In this document: positions 1-9,465 of the stretch, one piece after another
Position numbering within the stretch: the stretch's first letter is position 1
Layout: each line of letters begins with the position of its first letter
NCBI GenBank assembly: GCA_043818275.1
Contig: JBDRFY010000056.1
Coordinates: forward strand, 1-26,212
Origin: a bacterium
GTDB taxonomy: Bacteria > Babelota > Babeliae > Babelales > JAUWHS01
Reading direction: 5' to 3'
Length of the DNA: 26,212 nucleotides
Made by a program: the position numbers and the translations under genes
The notes under the pieces: model-generated
The model's database searches: none
What the model was told of the DNA's origin: nothing
What the model saw: only the letters and a program-made list of their open reading frames with translations

Positions 1-191
1 ATACATTGTTACAAAGAGAAAGGTTTAAGCGTAAAAAGATAAATCTTTTATCAGGAAAATTAAAAACGGAAGTATATAAAAAGACAAAACTTCACTTTTT
101 TGGTATTTAATATATCTTTAAGTTTTAATAATTAAGGCTTGTTTGGTTATTTCTTATTATTTTTTTAACAAGAATCAAGGAAAAGAAAACA

Positions 192-1262
192 GTGAATCTT
201 TCTGATGTTATCGATGCGCTTGTCGAAGAGCGCGGTTTAGATAAAGAGCAAATTGCGACAATTGTATGCGAAGGAATGCGCGCGGCTTATTCCAAAAAAT
301 ATCCAGAATTAAATTTTGTGGTTATTTATAATAAAAAAAGCGGGCAAGTTGAAGTTTTTACAGAAAAAACAGTTGTTTCATCTGCTCAGGACAAAGAAAA
401 AGAAATTTCGTTAAAGAAGGCAAAGGTTATAAACCCCAAAGCCAAAATAGGTTCAGTTTTACCCGTTCCTTTTGAACAGGCAATAGGCAGAATTGAAATT
501 TTGGTGGCCAAACAGGTTATTGCAAATAAGATACGTGAATTAGAACAATCAGTTGTTTATGAAGAGTATAAAGATCAGTTGGGTGACATTATTAGTGGCG
601 TTCTTCATAAGAAAGAGCGTGGTGGTTTTGTTATAAAAATTAATGACGTTATGGCTTTACTGCCAAAAGAAGGTTTGATACCAGGTGAAAATTTAGTTAT
701 AGGTCATCCTGTAAAGGTTTTATTGAAAGAAGTTCTTTCTGTTGGCCGTGGTGATTTTCAATTGATTTTGGATAGGGCTTCTGCTGATTTTGTACGTAAA
801 TTAATAAAGCTTGAAATACCAGAGGTCTTTGAAGGTTTAGTTGAAATAAAGAAAATTGTCAGAATTCCTGGTTATAAAACTAAAGCGGTTGTTGTTTCTA
901 AAGGGAAAGATATAGATCCCGTTGGAACTTGTATTGGAGTTGGTGGTGCAAGAATAAAACCTATACTAAAAGAATTAGATAAAGAAAAAATTGATTTAAT
1001 TGAATGGACTGATGTAACAGAAGATTTGGTCAAGCGAAGTTTAAAACCCGCTGAAATTGATCGGGTTGTTTTGTCTGATGATAAAAAATCTGCGACTGTC
1101 TGGTTAAGTCAGGACCAACGTTCTTTTGCGATTGGTAAAATGGGACAAAATATTTTACTTGCTTCAAAGCTTGTAGGGCTTGATTTACAATTACAAGATG
1201 TTTCTTCAAATGGGGAAAATGAGTCTGAAAAATTAACCGAAGATAATCGTTTAGATAATTAA
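192..1262 (+). CDS. nusA: Transcription termination/antitermination factor NusA (short form, no C-terminal AR repeats)
   Basis: GTG start. NusA N-terminal domain, S1 domain and KH motifs (RIPGYKTK, DPVGTCIGVGGARI, AIGKMGQN). Directly upstream of infB. Confidence 0.97.
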   Translation: MNLSDVIDALVEERGLDKEQIATIVCEGMRAAYSKKYPELNFVVIYNKKSGQVEVFTEKTVVSSAQDKEKEISLKKAKVINPKAKIGSVLPVPFEQAIGRIEILVAKQVIANKIRELEQSVVYEEYKDQLGDIISGVLHKKERGGFVIKINDVMALLPKEGLIPGENLVIGHPVKVLLKEVLSVGRGDFQLILDRASADFVRKLIKLEIPEVFEGLVEIKKIVRIPGYKTKAVVVSKGKDIDPVGTCIGVGGARIKPILKELDKEKIDLIEWTDVTEDLVKRSLKPAEIDRVVLSDDKKSATVWLSQDQRSFAIGKMGQNILLASKLVGLDLQLQDVSSNGENESEKLTEDNRLDN

Positions 1263-1300
1263 AATTATTGCTTGGTAGTTTAAATTATTTTGGAGAGAAC

Positions 1301-3481
1301 ATGCGTGTACATGAATATGCAAAAAAAATTAAAATTTCTAGCAAAGATCTTTTAAATAAACTAGCAAGCGGAGGATTTGATGTTGCCAGTCATATGTCAG
1401 TTCTTTCTTCTGAGGCTGAAGAATATTTAAATAAAGAATTCAATAAAGCTAAAAATGTTGTTTCTACAAAATCTACAGAACTTCAAAAAAAGGGCACAAA
1501 AATAATTGATTCAAAAAAAGTAATTGAAAAACAAGTTCCCAAAAAAGAAATTATTCTTGAGGAATTGGAGGATGAAGAGGTGTTGAAAACTCCAGTTTCT
1601 TCTAAAATTATTCCCCTAAAAAGAGAAAAAATTTTTTCTCCAAAAACGCCTACGGTTTTATCTAAAAATAAATTTGAAAAAAATAGATTTAACGAAAAAG
1701 TATTACCAAGAGTTGTCACAGAAATAAATATTAAAGGTTCTTTATCATTAAATGAAGTAGCTAATTTAATGAATAAATCGGCTGGAGATTTAATTTATGT
1801 TCTTTTAAAAAAAGGAATAGTTTGTAACATAAATTCAATTTTGTCTGAAGATACGATTAAAATTCTGGCCCAGGAGTTTAATATTACGGTTGTTACTCCT
1901 CAGGAAAAAGATTTTATTGCTGAAATTGAGAAAAGATTTGAAAAAAATAAAACGGGACAAATTCGTTGGCCAATTGTCGTTGTCATGGGACATGTTGATC
2001 ATGGTAAAACCACGCTATTGGATTTTTTGAGAAAGAAGAATGTTGCGGCAAAAGAAAAGGGTGGTATAACCCAACACCTGGGAGCTTACGAGGTTGATAG
2101 CACTCATGGGAAAATGGTTTTTTTAGATACCCCTGGTCACGAAGCTTTTTCTTATATGCGGCAAAAAGGCGCAAGAATTACAGATATAGCAATTTTAGTA
2201 GTGGCTGCGGATGATGGAGTTAAACCTCAAACTATTGAGGCTATAAAACACGCCAAAGAAGCAGGCGTTCCTATTATTGTAGCGATTAATAAAATTGATA
2301 AGCCTGGAGCTAAATCCGGAATTGAGTCGATTAAAAGACAATTGGCGCAGCATGATTTAGTAACAGAAGATTGGGGAGGGCAAACAATTTGTGTTCCAAT
2401 TTCTGCTAAAACAGGTGAAGGGGTGGAAGAGTTATTAGAAATGATTACGTTGCAATCTGAAATTATGGAGTTAAAGGCCGAATCTGATTTGCCGGCGCGC
2501 GCATTTATTTTGGAATCAAAAATGGAAAAAGGGTTTGGTCCGGTTGCTACAGTAATTGTTGTGCAGGGAACTTTGCGACAAGGTGATTTTTTTATTTGTG
2601 GTAGTGGAAGTGGGACAGGTAAAATTCGTTTATTGGTAGATAGTTTTGGTAAAAAAATAACTCAGGCTGGTCCATCGACTCCTGTTAAAATTGTTGGATT
2701 TGACAGTTTTGTGTCTCTTGGTGACTGGTTACAGGTTATAGACAGGCAGGAATATTTAAAAGCTAAATCATCTGGAATTTCAAAAGGAAAAATTCAGGAT
2801 TCTTCGTTAGATGTCTCAGAAGTTTCATTAACAGAACAAGGCCCTTTGGTTGGTAAATGTTTAAATATAATTATAAAAACGGATACTCAAGGTTCAAGGG
2901 AAGCTATTGTTAATAGTTTGGCAAAGTTATCCAAGCAAAAAAAAGATATGCATTATCCAATCCGGATAATTTCTACCGGTATCGGTGATATCACAGAGGG
3001 GGATATTCTCTCTGCCGCTGATACACATTCTTTAATTCTTGGTCTTCATGTAAAACCTGAAAAAAATGCTTTTATTTTGGCTAAAGAAAAAAATATAGAT
3101 TTAAAAATTTTTGATGTTATTTATCACATGATAGAAGAACTTGAAAAACTTTTACTAAGCAAAAAAGAAGCTGTTATTACATGGAAAAAAACAGGTGAAC
3201 TTGAAGTACGAAAAGTTTTTGATATAAAAAAAGTTGGTGTAATTGCTGGTTGTTATGTTAGAGATGGCATTATTACCCGAAATAGCAAGGTTGAATGTAT
3301 TCGTTACGGTAAAAAGATGGGTGAAGGCAAAATAACCAGTTTGCAGAAAGAAAAAAAGACGGTAAAAGAGGTTCACTCCGGACATGAATGTGGATTTGTT
3401 TCTGAAAGTTTTCATGATTGGCAGGTAGGGGATACTGTTAATGTTTATACTGCGATAAAAGAAATCCAAGGTGAAGCTTAA
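1301..3481 (+). CDS. infB: Translation initiation factor IF-2
   Basis: GTPase motifs GHVDHGKT, DTPGHEAF, NKID and IF2 C-terminal domains. The ORF track opens at 1268, but ATG 1301 (MRVHEYAK, typical IF2 N-terminus) follows a GGAGAG RBS. Confidence 0.97.
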   Translation: MRVHEYAKKIKISSKDLLNKLASGGFDVASHMSVLSSEAEEYLNKEFNKAKNVVSTKSTELQKKGTKIIDSKKVIEKQVPKKEIILEELEDEEVLKTPVSSKIIPLKREKIFSPKTPTVLSKNKFEKNRFNEKVLPRVVTEINIKGSLSLNEVANLMNKSAGDLIYVLLKKGIVCNINSILSEDTIKILAQEFNITVVTPQEKDFIAEIEKRFEKNKTGQIRWPIVVVMGHVDHGKTTLLDFLRKKNVAAKEKGGITQHLGAYEVDSTHGKMVFLDTPGHEAFSYMRQKGARITDIAILVVAADDGVKPQTIEAIKHAKEAGVPIIVAINKIDKPGAKSGIESIKRQLAQHDLVTEDWGGQTICVPISAKTGEGVEELLEMITLQSEIMELKAESDLPARAFILESKMEKGFGPVATVIVVQGTLRQGDFFICGSGSGTGKIRLLVDSFGKKITQAGPSTPVKIVGFDSFVSLGDWLQVIDRQEYLKAKSSGISKGKIQDSSLDVSEVSLTEQGPLVGKCLNIIIKTDTQGSREAIVNSLAKLSKQKKDMHYPIRIISTGIGDITEGDILSAADTHSLILGLHVKPEKNAFILAKEKNIDLKIFDVIYHMIEELEKLLLSKKEAVITWKKTGELEVRKVFDIKKVGVIAGCYVRDGIITRNSKVECIRYGKKMGEGKITSLQKEKKTVKEVHSGHECGFVSESFHDWQVGDTVNVYTAIKEIQGEA

Positions 3482-4598
3482 GCAAAAAATTTCTTTTTAT
3501 TTTACAAGCTTCTGGAATCGATCAGATAAAGTTTCAAATTTATCTTTTTTGGAAAAAACTCTTTTTATTTTTCTTATTTTTATAGAAAAAATATATATTG
3601 TTTGTTTTAAAACGGTTTCTTTTTTTAAAAAAAAATTGGGGAATAAAAGAGTTCCTTTTAAGGTTATTTCTGTTGGAAATCTTTCTGTTGGCGGAACAGG
3701 AAAATCCGTTTTTATTCAATTTCTTGCTAAAAACTTAAAACAATCATGTGCTGTTATAACCAGAGGTTATGGGGCAACATTTGAAAAAAAATCAAACAGC
3801 ACAATTGTGGAAAACGGTGAAGAAACTTTTTTTACTGCAAAAGAGGTTGGTGATGAACCTTATATGCTTGCGAAAAATTTAAAAATTCCTGTTGTTGTTG
3901 GAAAAAACAGATTCAATTCTGCAAAATTATTGCAACTTAATTTTAGTTTTATTTCTACAATATTACTTGATGATGCGTATCAAAATTATTCGTTAAAAAA
4001 AGATTTTGAAATTTTACTTTTGGATGCAAGAAAACCTTTTGGAAATAATCATTGTCTGCCTGCGGGCATTTTAAGAGAAAAAGATATTTCTCGCGCGGAT
4101 GTTATTATTTTTACTCATGCAGATAAAATTAAAGATATAAATAATTTATCAAAAATTTCAGATAAACCGATATTTTTTGGAAGACATAAAACTTCTAAAA
4201 TTTTACTTTTGGGCGATAAAGAAATTGATTCTGTAAAACTTAAAGATAATAAATTTTTAGTTTTTGCCGGAATTGGAAAATTTAATTATTTTATTGAATC
4301 GATAAAAAAATTAAATTTAAATGTTGTAAAAAAAATTGAGTATCCAGATCACCATCATTTTTCACAACAAGATCTACGAAATATTTTAGATGTTTTTAAA
4401 CAAAGTTATTGTGATTGCATCATAACTACAAGTAAAGATTGGGTTAAAATTTTACCGCTATTAAAAAGTATTAAGGATTGGCAAAGGTTGCCAATTTATG
4501 TTTTAGAAGTAGAATTTGAATTCTTAAATAATAAAGAAAAGATTAAATTTTTAAATTTGATTGAAACGATTTTTATAGAAGGGGGCGGGAAAAAATAA
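3471..4598 (+). CDS. lpxK: Tetraacyldisaccharide 4'-kinase (lipid A 4'-kinase)
   Basis: VISVGNLSVGGTGKS P-loop, TRGYG, GDEP, LLDDAYQ, LPAGILRE, FAGIG, YPDHH and TTSKD motifs. GTG start overlaps the end of infB. Confidence 0.92.
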   Translation: MKLKQKISFYFTSFWNRSDKVSNLSFLEKTLFIFLIFIEKIYIVCFKTVSFFKKKLGNKRVPFKVISVGNLSVGGTGKSVFIQFLAKNLKQSCAVITRGYGATFEKKSNSTIVENGEETFFTAKEVGDEPYMLAKNLKIPVVVGKNRFNSAKLLQLNFSFISTILLDDAYQNYSLKKDFEILLLDARKPFGNNHCLPAGILREKDISRADVIIFTHADKIKDINNLSKISDKPIFFGRHKTSKILLLGDKEIDSVKLKDNKFLVFAGIGKFNYFIESIKKLNLNVVKKIEYPDHHHFSQQDLRNILDVFKQSYCDCIITTSKDWVKILPLLKSIKDWQRLPIYVLEVEFEFLNNKEKIKFLNLIETIFIEGGGKK

Positions 4599-4612
4599 AA
4601 GGAGATGGAATA

Positions 4613-5602
4613 ATGTTTTTTATTTTATTTCGTCATGTGGTTGCTTTTCTTTTTTCTTTCTCTTTTATCATTTACCTGGTTCCAATGGTCATAAAAACGG
4701 CTAAAAAGTTTGGAATAGTTGATGTTCCTGATGGTAAATTGAAAACTCATCAACGATCGACTCCTTATCTTGGGGGTCTAGCTATTTATCTTTCTTTTAT
4801 TGCAACAATGATGCTTACTTATCCTGTTGTAAATAATATTTTATGGCTTTTTTTAGGCATTACTTTATTAATGTTTATTGGTCTTGTTGATGATTTTCAT
4901 GTATTAAGCCCGAAGCAAAAATTTTTGGGACAATTTATTGCTGTTATTGGTTTTTTGAAAAGTGGTTATTCATTAAAAACAATATTTTTTAATGACTGGG
5001 TTAATATTTTTATTTCTGCTTTTTGGCTGCTTACTGTGATTAACGCGTTTAATTTAATTGATGTTATGGATGGACTTGCAACAACAATTGCGATTATGAG
5101 TTCTCTAACCTTTTTTATTATCGCAATTGTATTGCAGGAATATTTTTTGAGTTTGTTATTAATTATTTTTCTTGGCGCGTTACTTGGTTTTTTATATTTT
5201 AATAAATCGCCAGCCAAAATTTATTTGGGTGATGCAGGTTCTTTATTAATTGGAGGCTTTTTAGCTGCTGTTCCACTACTTTTCCCATGGAGTTCTGTTG
5301 ATTGGCAAGCTTATTACACTCCAGTTGTTATTTTGGCTATTCCGTTATTGGAAGTAGGTTTTTTGGTGTTAATCAGAACGTATAAAAGGTTGCCATTTTA
5401 TAACGGAAGCCCTCATCATTTTTGTATTTATTTAAAAAATAAAGGATGGAATATTACAAAAATTTTACTTTTTACCATTTTTGCTTCAATAATTTTATCA
5501 ACAATTGCATTACTATTTTTATTTAATGTAATATCTTTTTTGTTATTATTTATTTTGTGTTTCATCTTTTTACTTTTTTGGATTTTTATTATTTATATTT
5601 AA
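4613..5602 (+). CDS. MraY/WecA-like glycosyltransferase family 4 (polyprenyl-phosphate HexNAc-1-phosphate transferase)
   Basis: Multi-TM protein with TPYLGGLAI, GLVDD, NAFNLIDVMDGL and YLGDAGS motifs. AAGGAG RBS upstream. Confidence 0.88.
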   Translation: MFFILFRHVVAFLFSFSFIIYLVPMVIKTAKKFGIVDVPDGKLKTHQRSTPYLGGLAIYLSFIATMMLTYPVVNNILWLFLGITLLMFIGLVDDFHVLSPKQKFLGQFIAVIGFLKSGYSLKTIFFNDWVNIFISAFWLLTVINAFNLIDVMDGLATTIAIMSSLTFFIIAIVLQEYFLSLLLIIFLGALLGFLYFNKSPAKIYLGDAGSLLIGGFLAAVPLLFPWSSVDWQAYYTPVVILAIPLLEVGFLVLIRTYKRLPFYNGSPHHFCIYLKNKGWNITKILLFTIFASIILSTIALLFLFNVISFLLLFILCFIFLLFWIFIIYI

Positions 5603-5613
5603 CGGGGGCTTAA

Positions 5614-5994
5614 ATGCTTGGTTTTTTGTATTTATTTTTAGGTGGCGGCATTGGAACTGTTTGCAGATATTTTGTTTATGTTCTGACAAGTAACAGCGGA
5701 ATTACTATTCTGGGAACTTTGATTATAAATTTAATTGGATCTTTTTTAGTTGGTTTTTTCTATTCTTTTTTTAATCAATTCAAATTTTCTACCGATGTGA
5801 AAAATGGTGTCATTCTTGGATTAATTGGTGGGTTTTCTACTCTTGCAGCTCTTAATTTGGAAGGTTTTTTATTTCTACAAAAAGGCAAATTTTTAATTCC
5901 TTTTTTCTATATCACAGCAACAATAATTTTTGGACTTTTATTGGTTTATCTAGGCATGTTATTTTTCGATTTTTTGGTCAAATTTGTTAAATAA
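5614..5994 (+). CDS. crcB: Fluc/CrcB-family membrane protein (atypical pore motif)
   Basis: 126 aa with 4 predicted TM segments. GGGIGTVCRY, GTLIINLIGSF and GLIGGFST motifs. Confidence 0.8.
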   Translation: MLGFLYLFLGGGIGTVCRYFVYVLTSNSGITILGTLIINLIGSFLVGFFYSFFNQFKFSTDVKNGVILGLIGGFSTLAALNLEGFLFLQKGKFLIPFFYITATIIFGLLLVYLGMLFFDFLVKFVK

Positions 5995-6852
5995 TTACTC
6001 AGCCCATTTTTTTAGCAACGTTAATTCTTCTTTGTATTCTTTTAAATCTGAATCGGTTGGTGTTTCTAAAATTTTTGGCACTTTTTTAAATCTTTTATCT
6101 TTCATTAAAAGTTGAAACGATAGTTTTGGAATTTTGCCGTTGCCAATATTTGCATGTCGATCTTTTCTGGATCCAAGTTCAGTTTTTGAATCATTAAGGT
6201 GAATTGCTTTTAAATTTTTTAATCCTAAAATTTCATCAAATTCTTTGATTGTTTTTTTATAACCTTTTTCGGTTCCGATATTATATCCAGCAGAATAAAC
6301 GTGGCATGTGTCAAAGCAAAAACCTATTAATTTTTTGTGTTTGCATAAATCTCGAATTTCCTTTAATTGTTCAAATTTGTATCCAAGATTTGTTCCCTGG
6401 CCTGCCATTGTTTCGAGTAAAATCATAGTGTTGCCAGATGCAGAATTTAAAACCATATCTAAATTTTTTGCGATTTTTTTTATTCCCTCTTTCTCTCCCT
6501 GGCCTGTATGTGAGCCTGGGTGTAAAACTAAATATGGAATTTCTAGTTGTTCACATCGAGATAATTCTTCTTTTAATGATGCTATTGATTTATTTTCCGT
6601 TTCTGGATTCTTTGAACAAATATTAATTAAATAAGAGGTATGCGCTACAACTTTTTCAATGGTTGAATTTTTTTGAGTTTTTTTAAAGTTTTCAATTTCT
6701 GTTTTTGTTAGTTTTTTTGCGAAATAAGATTTGTTATTTTTTGTAAAAATTTGAATTGCTGTACAGCCAATTGATTGACCAATTTCAATTGCTTTATCAA
6801 GACCTTTACTTATGGTTATGTGCGCGCCTAGTAATAATTTATTTTTAATCAT
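5995..6852 (-). CDS. nfo: Endonuclease IV (AP endonuclease family 2)
   Basis: GAH, QIFTKN, HTSYLIN, HPGS, LETMAGQG, CFDTCH, HLNDSK, DRH and ILETP zinc-ligand motifs. Confidence 0.96.
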   Translation of the reverse strand: MIKNKLLLGAHITISKGLDKAIEIGQSIGCTAIQIFTKNNKSYFAKKLTKTEIENFKKTQKNSTIEKVVAHTSYLINICSKNPETENKSIASLKEELSRCEQLEIPYLVLHPGSHTGQGEKEGIKKIAKNLDMVLNSASGNTMILLETMAGQGTNLGYKFEQLKEIRDLCKHKKLIGFCFDTCHVYSAGYNIGTEKGYKKTIKEFDEILGLKNLKAIHLNDSKTELGSRKDRHANIGNGKIPKLSFQLLMKDKRFKKVPKILETPTDSDLKEYKEELTLLKKWAE

Positions 6853-7029
6853 AAAAAATCCTTGATTTTGTAGGTTAAATTTGTTTTTTACACCTAAGAG
6901 AGTATATAATACTAAGTTATTATGTTTGAAATGTGTATTAGCGCTTAAGTTATATTTATTTCGTTATGCTAAGTCTTATTATTATAAATAATCTGTTGAA
7001 GCTTAAGTAATTTAATTGAAAGGTTGTTT

Positions 7030-7458
7030 ATGCCTGATTTCCAGGATGAGCAAAATAAAAAATCAAATGTTCCTCCAAATGTGAAAAGTGAGCAGCTCGC
7101 AAATTATGTAGAAAAGGTGTGGGGGCATGAAGAATGGATTGTTAACAATCTAAAATATTGCGGAAAAAAACTGGTTGTAAAAAAAGGTTATCGTATTTCC
7201 ATGCATTACCACAAAATGAAAGAGGAAACTTTTTATGTTTTATCGGGAAAGATTTTAGCCGAAACAGAATTTGAAGATAAAAAAGAAAGCAGATTAATGA
7301 CCCCTGGTGATGTTTTGCATGTAAAACCTTACATGTGGCACCGAATTACCGGTATTGCTGATTCTGAAGTTATAGAATTTTCAACTTTCCATATGGATGA
7401 AGATTCTTATCGTAAAACAAAAAGTGAAGCAGTTGATCTTAAGGAACTTGGTTTTTGA
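7030..7458 (+). CDS. Cupin-domain protein (mannose-6-phosphate isomerase/sugar isomerase-like)
   Basis: KVWGHEEWI..YCGK, SMHYHKMKEETF and WHRI cupin metal-binding pattern. ATG 7030 preferred over TTG 7024. Confidence 0.75.
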   Translation: MPDFQDEQNKKSNVPPNVKSEQLANYVEKVWGHEEWIVNNLKYCGKKLVVKKGYRISMHYHKMKEETFYVLSGKILAETEFEDKKESRLMTPGDVLHVKPYMWHRITGIADSEVIEFSTFHMDEDSYRKTKSEAVDLKELGF

Positions 7459-8015
7459 TGCGTTACTTTTTTATATTTGTTGTATTTATTGCGTTTATAT
7501 CCGGATCTGCTTTATTTTTAATCAATCGGGAATTAATTGTTGTTAAATGGAATGGCGATTTTTTTAATCAACATGAAGAAGTTGACGAGACCAAAAAAAA
7601 TTTAATTTTGAGAAAAAATTTGAATTTGTATTATTGGCAGGATGAAAAATTTAATATTGAGATAATTAATACAGTCTGGTTTTCACAAAAATCAGAGAAC
7701 ATCAAACATATCGTAAATCAATGGCTTTCTTTTTTACATGATGAAAGAATAATTGATAAAAAAATCTATCTTGAATCCGCGAGTTTGACAGAAACTGAAC
7801 AGGAGGTTTATTTATCTTTTGATCAAATACCCCTTTTGCGGGACTGGTCTATTTTTAATAAACTTTGTTTTATTCAGTCCTTGTTAAAAACGATTAATAA
7901 ATCTGGCATTGGTATTCAAAAAGTTTTTTTTCTGGTTGATCATCAAGTTATGGAAGATGATCATTTGGATTTTTCAGCTTTTTGGTCGATAGATGGTTTT
8001 TTGGGAGAAATGTGA
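7458..8015 (+). CDS. Membrane-anchored protein, possibly GerMN-like domain
   Basis: N-terminal TM. The C-terminal pattern (YLSFD..., SLLKTI...IQKVFFLVD...HLD) resembles GerMN by eye. TGATG coupling to the cupin gene. Confidence 0.5.
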   Translation: MRYFFIFVVFIAFISGSALFLINRELIVVKWNGDFFNQHEEVDETKKNLILRKNLNLYYWQDEKFNIEIINTVWFSQKSENIKHIVNQWLSFLHDERIIDKKIYLESASLTETEQEVYLSFDQIPLLRDWSIFNKLCFIQSLLKTINKSGIGIQKVFFLVDHQVMEDDHLDFSAFWSIDGFLGEM

Positions 8016-8458
8016 TGATGCGATTTTTTAAATATTTTGTGTTTTTAGTTGTTTTAACTGTAAATGCAACAAGTGACTTTGTTGTTGTATCTCAAAACGT
8101 TGATTCCGAATTAAAAGGAAAATTAACAACCTCTTTTATTTTGTCTGCAATAAGTAATGTTTGTCATGAGGTTGCAAAAATTTCAGCAGCTGAGGACCAA
8201 AAAGAAAAACTTGAAGGAACTTTAAATATTGTTGCCACAGCTTTGGAAGTTGCCGCACAGGCTGCTTCAAAAGAAGAGAAAAAAGAAACAAAAAATGTCG
8301 ATATTGATATCAAAAAAGCAATAACATTTTTACTGGAATTATTTATTTTGATAGATAAAAATAACGAACAAATTGAATTTATAACAGATAAGCAAACAAT
8401 TCAGGAAATTAAAGATGCTATTTTGGTTTTAAATGAATGGTTGGAGAAAAATAATTAA
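8015..8458 (+). CDS. Hypothetical exported protein
   Basis: ORF track 7982..8458. ATG 8015 overlaps the upstream TGA and gives a signal-peptide-like MMRFFKYFVFLVVLTVNA. Confidence 0.6.
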   Translation: MMRFFKYFVFLVVLTVNATSDFVVVSQNVDSELKGKLTTSFILSAISNVCHEVAKISAAEDQKEKLEGTLNIVATALEVAAQAASKEEKKETKNVDIDIKKAITFLLELFILIDKNNEQIEFITDKQTIQEIKDAILVLNEWLEKNN

Positions 8459-8460
8459 AA

Positions 8461-9465
8461 ATGGAAAATAACAAAAAGAATGTTTATTTCTTTGACCAGC
8501 GTGGAAAACTTGTTGAAGAAAAAATCGAATGGAAGTTATTTTTAAATTTTATTTATAAAAATAAAATAGGTCTTTTTTTTAGAAAAATTTTAAATAAATC
8601 GTTTGCAAGTAAAATTTTTGGTTTTTTTCAAAACAGATTTTTTAGTAAATACAGAATCAAGTCTTTTATAAAAAAATATAATATTGATGAATCTGAATTT
8701 GAAAAAAATATAAATGAAATTAAAAGTTTTAATGATTTCTTCACAAGAAAACTCAAACCAGGATCCCGGCAGATAGACAAAAATAATTTTTCTAGCGTGA
8801 TTTCACCAGCTGATAGTAAAATTTTCGTTATTCCCCAAATTTATTCGAATTTGAAATTTAATGTTAAAAACTGTCAGTTTGATCTGAAAAAATTTCTTGG
8901 TGATAAGAAATTGGCTCAAAACTATGAAAATGGGTCAATGTTAATTTTCAGACTTGCTCCGTATGATTATCATCGATATCATTTCCCCATTGATTGTTTT
9001 GTGGAAAAAGCAAAATTAATAAATGGTTTGTATGATTCGGTAAATCCATTGGTTTTTAGCGATGATGTTAAACCATTAACTGAAAATGAACGGAAACTTA
9101 TAATTTTAACCCCCCTTCGCCAAGGCTTCCCGCTTCGCCAAAGCTTCGCAGGACATGTCGGAGGGCAAGAAAGTGAAAAATTCGCTGACGTTTTAATGGT
9201 TGTTATTGGTGCAATGATGGTTGGAAAGATTAAATTGACATATAAACCTGATGAAAAATATAAAAAGGGTGATGAGTGTGGTTATTTTGAATTTGGCGCA
9301 TCTTCGATTGCATTATTATTTAAAAAAAATGAAATAAAAATAAACGATGTTTTTATAAAAAATTCCGCAAAAGGGTTTGAAACAGAAATTAAAATGGGGC
9401 AAGTTGTGGGCAGCTTTTTTGAAAATATAAAAAAAGTTAGAGATCCTGAATCAAGTTCAGGATGA
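8461..9465 (+). CDS. psd: Phosphatidylserine decarboxylase proenzyme, with a 20-aa repeat-derived insertion and a repeat-derived C-terminus
   Basis: SFNDFFTRKLK, SPAD, RLAPYDYHRYHFP, NER, GAMMVG and KGDECGYFEFGASS (cleavage-site region). Confidence 0.93.
   Translation: MENNKKNVYFFDQRGKLVEEKIEWKLFLNFIYKNKIGLFFRKILNKSFASKIFGFFQNRFFSKYRIKSFIKKYNIDESEFEKNINEIKSFNDFFTRKLKPGSRQIDKNNFSSVISPADSKIFVIPQIYSNLKFNVKNCQFDLKKFLGDKKLAQNYENGSMLIFRLAPYDYHRYHFPIDCFVEKAKLINGLYDSVNPLVFSDDVKPLTENERKLIILTPLRQGFPLRQSFAGHVGGQESEKFADVLMVVIGAMMVGKIKLTYKPDEKYKKGDECGYFEFGASSIALLFKKNEIKINDVFIKNSAKGFETEIKMGQVVGSFFENIKKVRDPESSSG
9110..9169 (+). repeat. Nested pair of 30-bp GC-rich palindromic elements inserted in frame in psd (inner copy 9128-9157)
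   Basis: 39/60 nt are G+C in an AT-rich gene. The rejoined outer unit CCCCCCTTCGCCAAGGCTTCGGAGGGCAAG and inner unit TCCCGCTTCGCCAAAGCTTCGCAGGACATG match at 24/30 positions. Encodes TPLRQGFPLRQSFAGHVGGQ. Confidence 0.85.

Noticed and set aside
3..110. Open frame at the window start, possibly the end of an upstream gene such as rimP
   Set aside because: Only about 35 codons with no recognisable motif, so it cannot be assigned.
4599..4615. GGAGATGG upstream of the GT4-crcB genes as a fluoride riboswitch
   Set aside because: The complementary CTCC strand and pseudoknot are absent. It is simply the AAGGAG RBS in a 14-nt spacer.
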